A stretch of DNA of 45,911 nucleotides, taken from the NCBI GenBank assembly GCA_002385415.1, contig DGDL01000088.1, forward strand, positions 3,117 to 49,027, read 5' to 3'. Position numbers and translations under genes: made by a program. Below the pieces are notes generated by a model that was not told where the DNA came from, did not search any database, and worked only from the letters and a program-made list of their open reading frames with translations. This document shows, one piece after another, positions 1-10,401 of the stretch (positions within the stretch are counted from its first letter, which is position 1; the number at the start of each line of letters is the position of its first letter). This stretch comes from Clostridiales bacterium UBA3953 (GTDB lineage: Bacteria > Bacillota > Clostridia > Oscillospirales > CAG-272).

Positions 1-43
1 GGTGAATATAATTATACCAAACTTTATATTGGTATCACTTTAA

Positions 44-432
44 ACCGTTGAAGCGGAAGTAAAGGCGGCATGGAGCCAACAGAGAGTCCGGGACAGGTGA
101 GAGCCGGGCGGTGATCGGGCCGTCATAATGGGCCGCTGAGGGCGCAGTCAAAGGCTGTGCGGGGAAAATATTTGCGGATTTTCACGCAAGGTGAGAGCAT
201 CCGGTTTTTGCCGCGGGAGATACCCGCTGGCAAAGCCGACATCGGAGCACCTCCGAAAGTCGCATACCCGCCGCCGAGTATTCTGCGACGTAAGGCGCGC
301 GTTAGACGCCGGGGATATGATTGTATCCCGCGAAAGTGTACGGCATTGCCGTAAATTCAGGGTGGCACCGCGGATAAATTGTATTTATTCGTCCCTGACA
401 GAACCGGTTTCTGTCAGGGACGTTTTGTTTTT
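44..432 (+). promoter_or_regulatory. Trp T-box riboswitch leader of the trp operon
   Basis: Stem I with AGTA, AGAGA and GGTGAGAG motifs. Specifier codon TGG (Trp) at 129-131. T-box consensus AATTCAGGGTGGCACCGCGG at 354-373. Terminator at 390-432. TATAAT at 7-12. Confidence 0.93.
390..432 (+). terminator. T-box attenuator terminator
   Basis: Inverted repeat CGTCCCTGACAGAA/TTCTGTCAGGGACG followed by TTTTGTTTTT. Confidence 0.9.
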
Positions 433-459
433 ACATCGTAACAGAAAGGAAGGGTTACC

Positions 460-1923
460 GTGATTTACACCGCTAAATCGCCCGTCAGGCCGACGCCCGA
501 CGAATTTAAAAAGCTTGCTTCCGAAGGGATATACACCGTTGTGCCGGTGAGCTGTGAGCTTTTTGCCGACATACGCACGCCCATCGAAGTTTTAAAAATC
601 CTCAAATCGGTCTCGAGCCGCTGTTTTCTGCTCGAGTCGGTTATCGGCGGCGAGCGATGGGGACGGTATACCTTCCTCGGATTTGACCCGAAGCTTGAAG
701 TCACCTGTACCGCCGGAAAAATGACGGTCGGTGACGCGGTTTTCCGCACATCCTCGCCAAGCAAGCACATCCGCCGGCTGCTGGAAGGCTATCGCAGCCC
801 GCGGCTTGACTATCTGCCTCCGTTTACGGGAGGGCTGGTCGGATATTTTGCATACGATTACATCAAATATGCCGAGCCGACGCTGAGGCTTGACGCGCTT
901 GACGACGAGGGTTTTCGCGACGTCGACCTGATGCTGTTCGACCGCATCATAGCTTTCGACAATCTCAGGCAAAAGATGGTGCTTGTCGCCAGCGCCGAGC
1001 CGACCGCGGAAGGCTATGAACGCGCGGTGGCGCAGCTTGATAAGATGTGCCGGCTTGTAACAGATGGCTCGCCGATAACCGACACAGGCGGCGCGGTAAC
1101 GGGCGAATTTCGCGCACTTTTTGACCGCGAAGGCTACTGCGAGCTTGTCGAGCTGGCAAAACACCACATCCGCGAGGGCGATATACGGCAGATAGTGCTT
1201 TCAAACCGGTTTGACGCGCCGTTTGAGGGTAGTCTGCTCGACACCTACCGGCGGCTGCGGACAATAAACCCCTCGCCCTATATGTTTTACCTTTCGTCGC
1301 CGGAGCTCGAGGTGGCCGGCGCGTCGCCCGAAACGCTTGTAAAGCTGCAGGACGGCGTTTTGCGCACATTCCCGCTCGCCGGCTCGCGCCCCCGCGGCAA
1401 AACGCCGGATGAGGACGCCGCGCTTGAGCGCGAGCTGCTCGCCGACCCAAAAGAGCTTTCCGAGCACAACATGCTGGTCGACCTCGGCAAAAGCGACCTC
1501 GGCAAAGTAAGCGTGATAGGTAGCGTCGACGTCGAGGAGCTGCGCACCGTTGTGCGCTACTCACACATTATGCACATCAGCTCGACCGTGCGCGGGGTAA
1601 TCCGGCCCGGCTGCGACGCGTTCGACGCCGTCGAGGCGGTGCTTCCTGCCGGCACGCTTTCGGGCGCGCCGAAGCTGCGCGCCTGCCAGCTGATAAACGA
1701 GCTTGAGGGCTGCCGGCGCGGGCTTTACGGCGGCGCGATAGGCTACATTGACTTTACGGGCAACCTCGACACCTGCATAGCTATCCGGCTTGCCTACAAG
1801 AAAAACGGGCGCGTATATGTGCGCAGCGGCGCTGGCATCGTCGCGGACTCGGTGCCCGAGCGCGAGCACGAGGAATGCAAAAATAAAGCTGCGGCGCTGC
1901 TTGCCGCGCTGAAGGAGGAATAA
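460..1923 (+). CDS. trpE: anthranilate synthase component I
   Basis: LLES and NPSPYM Trp-feedback motifs, PLAGS, EHNMLVDL, GTLSGAPK, YGGAIGY, GAGIVADS. First gene after the Trp T-box. Confidence 0.95.
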   Translation: MIYTAKSPVRPTPDEFKKLASEGIYTVVPVSCELFADIRTPIEVLKILKSVSSRCFLLESVIGGERWGRYTFLGFDPKLEVTCTAGKMTVGDAVFRTSSPSKHIRRLLEGYRSPRLDYLPPFTGGLVGYFAYDYIKYAEPTLRLDALDDEGFRDVDLMLFDRIIAFDNLRQKMVLVASAEPTAEGYERAVAQLDKMCRLVTDGSPITDTGGAVTGEFRALFDREGYCELVELAKHHIREGDIRQIVLSNRFDAPFEGSLLDTYRRLRTINPSPYMFYLSSPELEVAGASPETLVKLQDGVLRTFPLAGSRPRGKTPDEDAALERELLADPKELSEHNMLVDLGKSDLGKVSVIGSVDVEELRTVVRYSHIMHISSTVRGVIRPGCDAFDAVEAVLPAGTLSGAPKLRACQLINELEGCRRGLYGGAIGYIDFTGNLDTCIAIRLAYKKNGRVYVRSGAGIVADSVPEREHEECKNKAAALLAALKEE

Positions 1924-1926
1924 GCC

Positions 1927-2541
1927 TTGGTGGTGCTGATAGACAACTATGACAGCTTTTCATACAGCCTTTACCAGCTTGCCGGTACGATTTGCCCCGA
2001 CATCGCGATATACCGCAACGACGCGCTGACGGTTGAACAGCTTGACGCGCTTTCGCCCGACGCCATAATCCTCTCGTCCGGCCCGGGCAGGCCGGAGGAA
2101 GCAGGTATCTGCATCGAGACGGTGCGCCGGCTCGGGCACAAATACCCGATCCTTGGTGTTTGTCTTGGTTTTCAGGCAATCTGCGCAGCTTTTGGCGGGC
2201 GGATCACGCACGCGAAGCGGCTTATGCACGGCAAGCAGTCCAAAGTTTTGGTTGACGTGCGCGCGCAGGTTTTCCGGGGCCTGCCGCCCGTGATATATGT
2301 CGGGCGCTACCACTCGCTTGCGGCCGACCGCGAGAGCATGCCGGACTGTCTTTCCGTCATCGCCAAGGTTACCGGCACCGGCGCGCCCGACGTGGGCGAG
2401 ATCATGGCTGTCGCGCACCGCGAATACCGGGTGTATGGGCTGCAGTTTCATCCCGAATCCATACTTTCGCCCGACGGCAAACAAATACTTGAGAATTTTT
2501 TCGCGATTGTACAAAAAGATGATGCGAGGGATACGGCATGA
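1927..2541 (+). CDS. trpG: anthranilate synthase component II (glutamine amidotransferase)
   Basis: IDNYDSF, GVCLG nucleophile, MHGK, RYHSL, QFHPES. Confidence 0.95.
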   Translation: MVVLIDNYDSFSYSLYQLAGTICPDIAIYRNDALTVEQLDALSPDAIILSSGPGRPEEAGICIETVRRLGHKYPILGVCLGFQAICAAFGGRITHAKRLMHGKQSKVLVDVRAQVFRGLPPVIYVGRYHSLAADRESMPDCLSVIAKVTGTGAPDVGEIMAVAHREYRVYGLQFHPESILSPDGKQILENFFAIVQKDDARDTA

Positions 2542-3557
2542 TTAAAGAAGCGATTATCAAAATCGTCGACAAACAGGAGCTCACCTATGAAGAAGCCTAT
2601 GCCGTCATGAGCGAGATTATGGACGGCAAGACGACACAGACCCAAAACGCGGCGTTTCTGGCTGCGCTGTCCACCAAAAGCACGAAAGCCGAAACAATAG
2701 ATGAAATTTTCGGCTGTGCGGCGGCTATGCGCGACCGTGCGACGCCGCTCGAGCACAACTGCGAAGCGCTCGAGATTGTCGGCACCGGCGGCGACCGCTC
2801 GGGCAGCTTTAACATATCGACGACGGCATCTATTGTGCTTGCCGCGGGCGGCGTGAAGGTTGCAAAACACGGTAATCGCGCGGCTACCTCGGGAAGCGGC
2901 GCGGCAGATTGCCTTGAGGCGCTGGGCATCCGCATCGAGCAAAGCCCCGAGGACTGCGCGCGCCTGCTCGAAAGTGTCGGTATCTGCTTCATTTTCGCGC
3001 AGAAATACCACACTTCGATGAAATATGTCAGCGCTATCCGCCGCGAGCTTGGCATCCGCACAGTTTTCAACATCCTTGGGCCGCTGACCAACCCCGCACG
3101 GCCGGTGTTTCAGCTTCTCGGCGTCTATGACGAGTCGCTCGTCGAGCCGCTTGCAAAGGTGCTTGACCGGCTGGGCGTGCGGCGGGGGCTGGTCGTTTAT
3201 AACCGCGAGGGGCTCGACGAGCTTGCGAGCTGCGGCGACAATGTGGTTTGCGAGCTGCGGGACGGGTTTTACCGGTCGACTGTCCTGTCGCCCGAGAATT
3301 TTGGGCTGCCGCGCTGCTCGAAGGCTGATTTGTCCGGCGGCACGCCGGCCGAAAACGCCGAGATTACCCTGTCTGTGCTGCGAGGCGAGCGCGGGCCGCG
3401 GCGGGATACGGTGCTACTGAATGCCGGCGCAGGGTTTTACATCGCGGGCAAGGCCGGCTCGATTGCGGAAGGCATAGCTTTCGCGGCCGAGCTTGTCGAC
3501 TCGGGCAGAGCACAAGCCAAGCTCGAGCAGTACTGCGCGGCTGTTGAGGTGTTGTAA
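2538..3557 (+). CDS. trpD: anthranilate phosphoribosyltransferase
   Basis: [32 protein letters not shown]. Confidence 0.96.
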   Translation: MIKEAIIKIVDKQELTYEEAYAVMSEIMDGKTTQTQNAAFLAALSTKSTKAETIDEIFGCAAAMRDRATPLEHNCEALEIVGTGGDRSGSFNISTTASIVLAAGGVKVAKHGNRAATSGSGAADCLEALGIRIEQSPEDCARLLESVGICFIFAQKYHTSMKYVSAIRRELGIRTVFNILGPLTNPARPVFQLLGVYDESLVEPLAKVLDRLGVRRGLVVYNREGLDELASCGDNVVCELRDGFYRSTVLSPENFGLPRCSKADLSGGTPAENAEITLSVLRGERGPRRDTVLLNAGAGFYIAGKAGSIAEGIAFAAELVDSGRAQAKLEQYCAAVEVL

Positions 3558-4459
3558 TGAGTGCGGATATTTTCGGGCATAGCGGGCGCTATGCGGCAAG
3601 CGGCGATATTTTCCGGCAAGGTAAATGCAATGCAGGGGGCGGCGATATTCTGGAGCGCATCGCGGCGCGGGCGGCGCGGCGCGCGGAGGAGAAACAGGCG
3701 CGGCTGCCGCTTGCCGAGATTGCCCGCCGTGCGGAAGAGCTTGCCGAAGCACAGCGGCAGGGCGGCGGCTTTGCCTTCCCGTTTGAAGCGGCGATTTTAT
3801 CGTCGGATTTTGCTTTTATCTGCGAGTGCAAGCGCGCCTCACCGTCTAAGGGTCTGCTTGTGCATGATTATAACCCCGTTGCCATCGCGCTCGACTATGA
3901 GGCGGCGGGGGCAAGCTGCATATCTGTGCTGACCGAGCCGGACTTTTTCCTCGGCTCGGGCGAGCATCTCAGGCAGGTCAGCCGGGCTGTTTCCCTGCCC
4001 TGCCTGCGCAAGGATTTTGTAACGAGCGACTATTTTATATATGAAGCAAAGCTGCTCGGCGCATCGGCGGTGCTGCTGATTGCGGCGCTGCTGGGCGAAA
4101 GCGAGTTGGCACATCTGATTGGGCTGTGCCACTCACTCGGGTTGTCGGCTCTGGTCGAGGTACATTCGGAGCACGAGCTTGAGGCGACTCTCGCCGCCGG
4201 AGCGCGGCTGGTGGGCATCAACAGCCGCAATTTGCGAGATTTCAGCGTTGACCTCGGGGTCGTCGAGCGGCTGGCTGCGCTTGTGCCGCCGGGCGTGCTG
4301 CTGATCGCAGAAAGTGGGATTAAAACTGCCGGCGACGTGGCGCGGGTGCGGCGGGCCGGCGCGCGAGGAGCGTTGATAGGCGAAACTCTGATGCGCGCCT
4401 CCGACCGACGGGTTATGCTCGCTTATTTGCGGGAAGATTTTTGCAGTGAAACTTCATGA
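3557..4459 (+). CDS. trpC: indole-3-glycerol phosphate synthase with N-terminal repeat extension
   Basis: ECKRASPSKG, SVLTEPDFF, LRKDF, LVEVH, GINSRNL, ESGI. TAATG coupling to trpD. Confidence 0.95.
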   Translation: MSADIFGHSGRYAASGDIFRQGKCNAGGGDILERIAARAARRAEEKQARLPLAEIARRAEELAEAQRQGGGFAFPFEAAILSSDFAFICECKRASPSKGLLVHDYNPVAIALDYEAAGASCISVLTEPDFFLGSGEHLRQVSRAVSLPCLRKDFVTSDYFIYEAKLLGASAVLLIAALLGESELAHLIGLCHSLGLSALVEVHSEHELEATLAAGARLVGINSRNLRDFSVDLGVVERLAALVPPGVLLIAESGIKTAGDVARVRRAGARGALIGETLMRASDRRVMLAYLREDFCSETS

Positions 4460-4517
4460 ATAACCCCCACTCTTATGCGCGGCACAAAATGATACAAAAC
4501 GAAAGGGGCGAAATTCC

Positions 4518-5147
4518 ATGGCTGCCGTCAAAATCAAACTCTGCGGTATGCGCACAGCTGCTGACATTGAGCTTGCCAACCGTTTCCTGCCCGACTACTG
4601 CGGGTTTGTGTTTGTCCGCTCGAGCCGCCGCTACATTTCGCCGCATAAGGCGGCGGCACTGCGGCGAGCACTCGATCCGCGCGTCGCGGCTGTCGGAGTG
4701 TTTGCGGATGAGGATGCCGCGGTTGTAGCGGGTCTGCTCAACAGCGGAGCTATCGACATCGCTCAACTGCACGGCGGCGAGAGCGAAAGCTACATTATGC
4801 GGCTGCGGGAGCTGACCGGCAAACACATCATAAAGGCGTTTTTCGTACAGTCGGAGCATGATATTGCGCGCGCGGCCGCCTCGACCGCCGACTTTGTGCT
4901 GCTCGACGGCTCGCGCGGCGGCGAGGGCAAAGCGTTTGATTGGACGCTTGCGCGGGGGCTTTCGCGCAAGTTTTTCCTCGCCGGCGGACTCTGCGCGGAA
5001 AATGTTACGCTTGCAATCGAGGCGGCGCAGCCGTTTGCCGTCGACATCAGCTCGGGTATCGAGCGCGGCGGGGTCAAGGACGCAGAACTGGTGGAAAAGT
5101 TTATTTGGACGGCGCGGGCGGCAGTGGGCGCGCGGGAGCAGTCATAG
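4518..5147 (+). CDS. trpF: phosphoribosylanthranilate isomerase
   Basis: KIKLCG, GFVF..SRR, QLHG, LAGGL, DISSGIE. Confidence 0.95.
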   Translation: MAAVKIKLCGMRTAADIELANRFLPDYCGFVFVRSSRRYISPHKAAALRRALDPRVAAVGVFADEDAAVVAGLLNSGAIDIAQLHGGESESYIMRLRELTGKHIIKAFFVQSEHDIARAAASTADFVLLDGSRGGEGKAFDWTLARGLSRKFFLAGGLCAENVTLAIEAAQPFAVDISSGIERGGVKDAELVEKFIWTARAAVGAREQS

Positions 5148-5337
5148 GCTAATGGTTTTGGGACAGATAAAGCGCCCTGCTCACACGCTTGTTTGCGCAC
5201 CCGTGGTTTGCGATGTCCCTTACGGGCAATGTGTCCGGGCGAGTCTGTGGAAATTTCACAAATTCCGCGTTGATATGCAGGAGCAGGAGCCTGTGCTTTG
5301 TTTCCGCAAATGAAAAACAACCGAAAGGACGGAGAAT

Positions 5338-6528
5338 ATGCAAAATGTAAAAGGACGGTTCGGGGTGCATGGCGGGCAGTATATCCCCGAGACGCTCATG
5401 GCGGCGGTTATCGAACTTGAGGATGCCTACGAGCGGCTGCGCACCGACCCTTCGTTTTTAGCTGAGCTTGACTCGCTGCTTCGCAATTACGCCGGGCGGC
5501 CGAGTTTGCTTTACTATGCCGAAAAGCTGACGCAGCTGCTGGGCGGCGCGAAAATATACCTTAAACGCGAGGACCTCAACCACACCGGTTCGCACAAGAT
5601 AAACAACGTGCTCGGCCAAGCGCTGCTCGCCAAGAAAATGGGCAAAAAGCGGCTTATTGCCGAGACGGGCGCGGGTCAACACGGCGTTGCGACGGCTACG
5701 GCGGCGGCGCTGCTCGACCTCGAGTGCGTCATCTTCATGGGCGAGGAGGACACGCGCAGGCAGGCGCTCAACGTCTATCGCATGAAGCTGCTCGGCGCCG
5801 AGGTCGTACCGGTCACGACCGGCACGCGCACGCTCAAAGACGCGGTTTCGGCCGCTTTGCGCGAGTGGACGTCGCGCGTGGCCGACACGCACTACTGCCT
5901 CGGCTCGGTCATGGGCCCGCACCCGTTCCCGACTATCGTTCGCGATTTTCAGTCTGTGATTTCCCAGGAAATACGGGTGCAAATTATAGAAGCTGAGGGG
6001 CGACTGCCGGACGCGGTGGTTGCCTGCGTGGGCGGCGGCAGCAACGCCATCGGCTCGTTTTATGATTTTATCGGCGAGCCGTCGGTACGACTTGTGGGCT
6101 GCGAGGCTGCGGGGCACGGCATAGACTCGCCGGACACTGCCGCGACACTGACGACCGGAAGGCTCGGCATTTTCCACGGCATGAAGTCGTATTTCTGCCA
6201 GGACGAGCGCGGGCAAATAGCGCCCGTCCACTCGATTTCCGCAGGGCTCGACTATCCCGGCGTCGGGCCGGAGCACGCGTGGCTTCACGACACGGGTCGG
6301 GCAGAGTATGTGGCTGTCACCGACGAAGAGGCTGTCGAAGCTTTTGAGCTGCTCTCGCGCACGGAGGGTATTATTCCGGCCATCGAGTCGGCGCATGCGG
6401 TAGCCTACGCTATTTTTGAGGCACCGAAAATGGGGCGCGGCGGGATAATGGTCGTCACGCTCTCCGGCCGCGGGGACAAGGACTGCGCGCAGATAGCGCG
6501 CTATCGCGGGGAGGAGGCAGGCGAATGA
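5338..6528 (+). CDS. trpB: tryptophan synthase beta chain
   Basis: [16 protein letters not shown] (PLP lysine), [34 protein letters not shown]. Confidence 0.98.
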   Translation: MQNVKGRFGVHGGQYIPETLMAAVIELEDAYERLRTDPSFLAELDSLLRNYAGRPSLLYYAEKLTQLLGGAKIYLKREDLNHTGSHKINNVLGQALLAKKMGKKRLIAETGAGQHGVATATAAALLDLECVIFMGEEDTRRQALNVYRMKLLGAEVVPVTTGTRTLKDAVSAALREWTSRVADTHYCLGSVMGPHPFPTIVRDFQSVISQEIRVQIIEAEGRLPDAVVACVGGGSNAIGSFYDFIGEPSVRLVGCEAAGHGIDSPDTAATLTTGRLGIFHGMKSYFCQDERGQIAPVHSISAGLDYPGVGPEHAWLHDTGRAEYVAVTDEEAVEAFELLSRTEGIIPAIESAHAVAYAIFEAPKMGRGGIMVVTLSGRGDKDCAQIARYRGEEAGE

Positions 6529-7343
6529 AAAAGTCAAGACTGTCAGAGGCATTCGGTGGAGGCAAAGCTTTTGTTGCTTTTATCACCTGTGGTGACCCGG
6601 ACATGGACACCACTTTTGAGGCAGTGCGTGCCATGCAGGCGGCCGGTGCCGATATTGTCGAGCTTGGTATTCCCTTCTCCGACCCGACGGCAGAGGGACC
6701 GGTTATCACCGAGGCAAGCATGCGCGCGCTGCGTGCCGGCGCGACAACCGAGCGCGTGTTTGAGCTTGTGCGCCGGCTGCGAGGCGAGGGAGGCGTTACC
6801 ATTCCGCTTGCGTTTATGACTTATGCTAACGTCGTTTACTCGTATGGCGTGGAGCGGTTCGCCGCAACCTGCGCCGAAACCGGGGTTGACGGGCTTATCC
6901 TGCCCGACGTGCCCTTTGAGGAAAAGGGCGAGTTTGCGCCGGCTTGCAGAGCGCGTGGTGTAGACTTTATCTCGCTGGTCGCGCCGACCTCAGCGGGGCG
7001 GATTGCGACTATCGCACGCGAGGCGGAGGGGTTTGTCTACATCGTCTCGTCGCTCGGCGTGACCGGCATGCGCGACCGGCTTGACGACAGTATATCCGAG
7101 ATGGTGCGGCAGGTGAAAGCCGCGGCCGATATCCCCTGTGCGGTTGGGTTCGGCATCTCCACACCGGAGCAGGCGGCGCGGGTCGTTGGCGCCGGCGGGC
7201 ACGCGCGTCCTGGCGAAGATTATCCCGACGGCGTTATTGTGGGCAGTGCGATAGTGAACCTGATTGCAAAGCATGGCAAAAACGCGCCGGCCGCCGTCGG
7301 CGAGTTTGTGCGCGCGATGAAGGCCGCAATCACGCAAAAATAA
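6525..7343 (+). CDS. trpA: tryptophan synthase alpha chain
   Basis: [32 protein letters not shown]. Confidence 0.97.
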   Translation: MKKSRLSEAFGGGKAFVAFITCGDPDMDTTFEAVRAMQAAGADIVELGIPFSDPTAEGPVITEASMRALRAGATTERVFELVRRLRGEGGVTIPLAFMTYANVVYSYGVERFAATCAETGVDGLILPDVPFEEKGEFAPACRARGVDFISLVAPTSAGRIATIAREAEGFVYIVSSLGVTGMRDRLDDSISEMVRQVKAAADIPCAVGFGISTPEQAARVVGAGGHARPGEDYPDGVIVGSAIVNLIAKHGKNAPAAVGEFVRAMKAAITQK

Positions 7344-7630
7344 GCGGTGCGGACACTGTGCGGCAGAGTGCTGCGGCGGCATCCGCTAATGCGGCTGTTT
7401 CGCGCGCTCCGACCGCTGATTTGCGGCGTTCTGCGGCAACGCTTCGGTGCGGGAAAGTCAGCCTGCCACACTGCCGGATACTCTCACATCTCGCGGATTT
7501 GATATACCTGCGCGTCGGTGTTATAACTTTCTTTTTCTTTTAGATATTGAACTTGGCGGGCTTGTATGGTATTATATGGGTGCATTCGCTTTTCGCGAAA
7601 TAGATTTTACCGTAAGTTGAGAGGCTGCAA

Positions 7631-8335
7631 ATGAAGTTTGAGGTTGCCGGAGGCATATTTTTTGATGTGGGCTGGACGCTGCTTGCACCGCGGTATGGCA
7701 ACTGGACATACAATACGGCGAAGATGCACGAGGTTATGATGTCACAGCGGTTTCTTTCCATACCCGAGCAGCGGCGGCGAAAGGTCTTGGAACAGGCACA
7801 GGCGTATCTTGACTCGCATGTAAAAGTGGACAGCGAGGACGAGGAGCTTTACTGTATGCGCATGTTCTTTAGGATGATTTTCGACGGTTTGCCCGAGCTT
7901 GGACTTTCGGCTGAAGACGCGGACGAGATTGCCCGCGACAAGGTTTTCAACATGGAAAACTATGTGTATTTCGAGGATGCGGTGCCGCTCTTGCAAAAAC
8001 TGCGGGGGAGGTACAGGCTGGGCGTTATCTCGGACACTTGGCCGTCGATTGGGCGGATGCTGGATTACGGCGGGCTGACCGAGTTTTTCGATGCCTTTAC
8101 GTTCAGCTGTTATGTGGGTGCATGCAAGCCCGACAGGCGGATTTTTGAGGACGCGCTCGCAAAACTTGGGGTGCCGGCGCAGGAGACCATATTTATTGAC
8201 GATATCGAACGCAACCTCGACGGCGCGGCGGCGCTGGGGATAAATCCGGTGCTTATCACCTACAAGCCGGGCGCGATACCAAGCGAAAAATATCCCTCTA
8301 TCGCAAGGGTTTCCGATTTGCTGCAGTTGCTGTAG
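7631..8335 (+). CDS. HAD-superfamily hydrolase
   Basis: FFDVGWTL (motif I variant), ISD, KPD..IF, FIDD..NL.GA..LG. Confidence 0.85.
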   Translation: MKFEVAGGIFFDVGWTLLAPRYGNWTYNTAKMHEVMMSQRFLSIPEQRRRKVLEQAQAYLDSHVKVDSEDEELYCMRMFFRMIFDGLPELGLSAEDADEIARDKVFNMENYVYFEDAVPLLQKLRGRYRLGVISDTWPSIGRMLDYGGLTEFFDAFTFSCYVGACKPDRRIFEDALAKLGVPAQETIFIDDIERNLDGAAALGINPVLITYKPGAIPSEKYPSIARVSDLLQLL

Positions 8336-8352
8336 AAGTCGGGGCGTTATTT

Positions 8353-8380
8353 GTGGGGAGCTTTTTGAAAAGCTCCCCGC
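8353..8380. repeat. GGGGAGC...GCTCCCC hairpin repeat, copy 1
   Basis: GTGGGGAGCTTTTTGAAAAGCTCCCCGC just after the HAD stop codon. Confidence 0.75.
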
Positions 8381-8574
8381 GCCTCTTGAATTTTTACCGG
8401 TTATCTTGATGGGATATGAACTGTGACTAATCGCCAGTTTTGTGCTATGCCAACCTTTCATCACCGCCGGGGCTACACTACTAATCATGCGCAACATTAA
8501 TGCGAGCGGCCGTACAGCCGCATAAACCGACGCAGGGTCGGTGTCAAGCTTTTGTCGACCCGCGCTGTCAGGTA

Positions 8575-8603
8575 TTGACGAGCAACGGCTGTAGTATTAT
8601 AAT
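8575..8603 (+). promoter_or_regulatory. sigma-A promoter
   Basis: TTGACG-17nt-TATAAT upstream of the oxidoreductase. Confidence 0.75.
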
Positions 8604-8650
8604 GACAATAATAACCGGGAATATTTCCCGCTCTCCGGAGGAAAAGGATT

Positions 8651-9892
8651 ATGGCGATACTCAAAGTGGGCGTGTTCGGCGCGGCACGCGGCCGGACAAT
8701 GATCAATCTGCTTTACGACAATCCCGACGCACAGCTTGTCGCCGTCTGCGACAAATATAAACCGCTGCTCGACAGCTGCGCCGAGGAGGCGAAAAACAAG
8801 GGCATCAAGCTCGGGCTGTACGAGAGTTTCGACGATTTCATCCAGCACGATATGGACGCCGTCGTGCTCGCAAACTACGCGCACGAGCACGCGCCCTATG
8901 CCATAAGGCTGCTTGACAGCGGCAGGCATGTCATGAGCGAGGTGCTAACCGTCGCGACACTCGACGAAGGTGTCAGACTGGTCGAGGCTGTCGAGCGCAG
9001 CGGCAAAGTCTATGCCTATGCCGAAAACTACTGCTATTTCAACACCACAGCTGAAATGCGCCACCGCTACAGGCGCGGCGACGTCGGCGAGCTCGTGCAT
9101 GCGGAGGGCGAATACATACACGACTGCTCGTCAATCTGGCCGCAGATCACCTACGGCGAGCGCAATCACTGGCGCAACCGCATGAGCTCAACATTTTACT
9201 GCACCCATTCGCTCGGCCCGATTATTTTCGCCACCGGTCTGCGTCCGGTAAGCGTGACAGGGTTTGAAAGCCCCAACCTGCCGTTTATGCGCAATCTCGG
9301 CTATGTCGGCGGTACGCACGGCATCGAGCTTGTCCAGCTCGAAAACGGCGCCACCGTCAAGAGTATTCATGGCGGCCTCAAACGCGAGCCCGGCTCTATA
9401 AACTATCAGATGTACTGCACAAAGGGTTCGATGGAGACCGACCGCTGGGAGGGCGGCAAGCTCCACGTTTACATCGAAGGCGAGCGCAACTGCGTTGGCG
9501 AGCATACCGCTTACAGGCCCGAGTTTGTAATTGAGGGTGCGGAGGGCTCCGGCCACGGCGGCAGCGACTTCTTTACCATGCACTATTTCATCCGCAAAAT
9601 CCTCGGCGACCCGGTGGGCGAGGAAAACTCCATTGATGTCTATACGGCACTCGACATGTGTGTGCCTGGCATCCTTGCGTTCCGCTCGATTAAAAACGGT
9701 GGCGAGCCGCAACAGGTACCCGACTTCCGCGACCCGGCCGAGCGCGAAAAGTATCGCGGCGACACTTTCTGCTCGTTCCGCGAGATTGCGGGCGACATGT
9801 ACGCCTCGCCCTCGCCCGACGACAACGAAGACGTGCCCGACTCGGTATACGAAGAGGTACGCCGCAAGTGGCTTGCCGGGGAGCCGGGATAA
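8651..9892 (+). CDS. Gfo/Idh/MocA family oxidoreductase
   Basis: N-terminal Rossmann KVGVFGAARG, H...A...L..G.HVMSE, AENYCY, YCTH, GHGGSD. Confidence 0.88.
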   Translation: MAILKVGVFGAARGRTMINLLYDNPDAQLVAVCDKYKPLLDSCAEEAKNKGIKLGLYESFDDFIQHDMDAVVLANYAHEHAPYAIRLLDSGRHVMSEVLTVATLDEGVRLVEAVERSGKVYAYAENYCYFNTTAEMRHRYRRGDVGELVHAEGEYIHDCSSIWPQITYGERNHWRNRMSSTFYCTHSLGPIIFATGLRPVSVTGFESPNLPFMRNLGYVGGTHGIELVQLENGATVKSIHGGLKREPGSINYQMYCTKGSMETDRWEGGKLHVYIEGERNCVGEHTAYRPEFVIEGAEGSGHGGSDFFTMHYFIRKILGDPVGEENSIDVYTALDMCVPGILAFRSIKNGGEPQQVPDFRDPAEREKYRGDTFCSFREIAGDMYASPSPDDNEDVPDSVYEEVRRKWLAGEPG

Positions 9893-9895
9893 AAT

Positions 9896-10321
9896 ATGGC
9901 TGCAAATATAAATATGGGGCCAAACAAAGCAAATTTAGAAAAAGTATGTTCGCTTCTTAAAGAGTGCAAAACCTACTATCTTGCGACCGACGACGGCGGC
10001 CGGCCGCGTGTCCGCCCGTTCGGCACCGCACATATTTTCGAGGGCAAGCTGTATATCCAGACCGGCAACTTCAAACAGGTCTATAAGCAGATGAAAAAGA
10101 ACCCGAAAATAGAAATAAGCGGTATGATAGGCGAGCGTTGGTTCCGAATTGAGGCCAATGCGGTGGAGGACGACAGGGCAGCGGCAAAAGCCAGCATGCG
10201 CGACGCTTATCCCGAGCTGAAAAGCATTTATGACACAGACAATACCGCGGTGTTCTACCTTGCCGACGTTGTCGCGACGGTGTATTCGTTTACCGAGGAG
10301 CCGGAGGTTTATAAGTTTTAA
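9896..10321 (+). CDS. pyridoxamine 5'-phosphate oxidase-like (NimC/NimA-like) flavin-binding protein
   Basis: YYLAT..GRPRVRPF...LYIQTG..K.VYKQM..NP. Start codon uncertain. Confidence 0.82.
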   Translation: MAANINMGPNKANLEKVCSLLKECKTYYLATDDGGRPRVRPFGTAHIFEGKLYIQTGNFKQVYKQMKKNPKIEISGMIGERWFRIEANAVEDDRAAAKASMRDAYPELKSIYDTDNTAVFYLADVVATVYSFTEEPEVYKF

Positions 10322-10373
10322 GCGGCGGGCCGACAAAGCCAAATTCAGTATTAAAAATAACTGTAAAAGCGAA

Positions 10374-10401
10374 GTGGGGAGCTTTGTGTAAAGCTCCCCA
10401 C
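10374..10401. repeat. GGGGAGC...GCTCCCC hairpin repeat, copy 2
   Basis: GTGGGGAGCTTTGTGTAAAGCTCCCCAC between convergent genes. Confidence 0.75.

Noticed and set aside
157-463. Short ORFs in the trp leader as a leader peptide
   Set aside because: They contain no Trp codons and overlap a clear T-box RNA.
5458-6552. Long antisense ORFs (364 aa opposite trpB; also 27929-28846, 30062-31219 and many others)
   Set aside because: They are shadows of GC-rich coding strands, with no motifs or RBS, and fully overlap well-supported genes.
7344-7460. Many TGCGG words after trpA
   Set aside because: Spacing is irregular and there is no longer conserved unit. Expected in GC-rich DNA; not an array.
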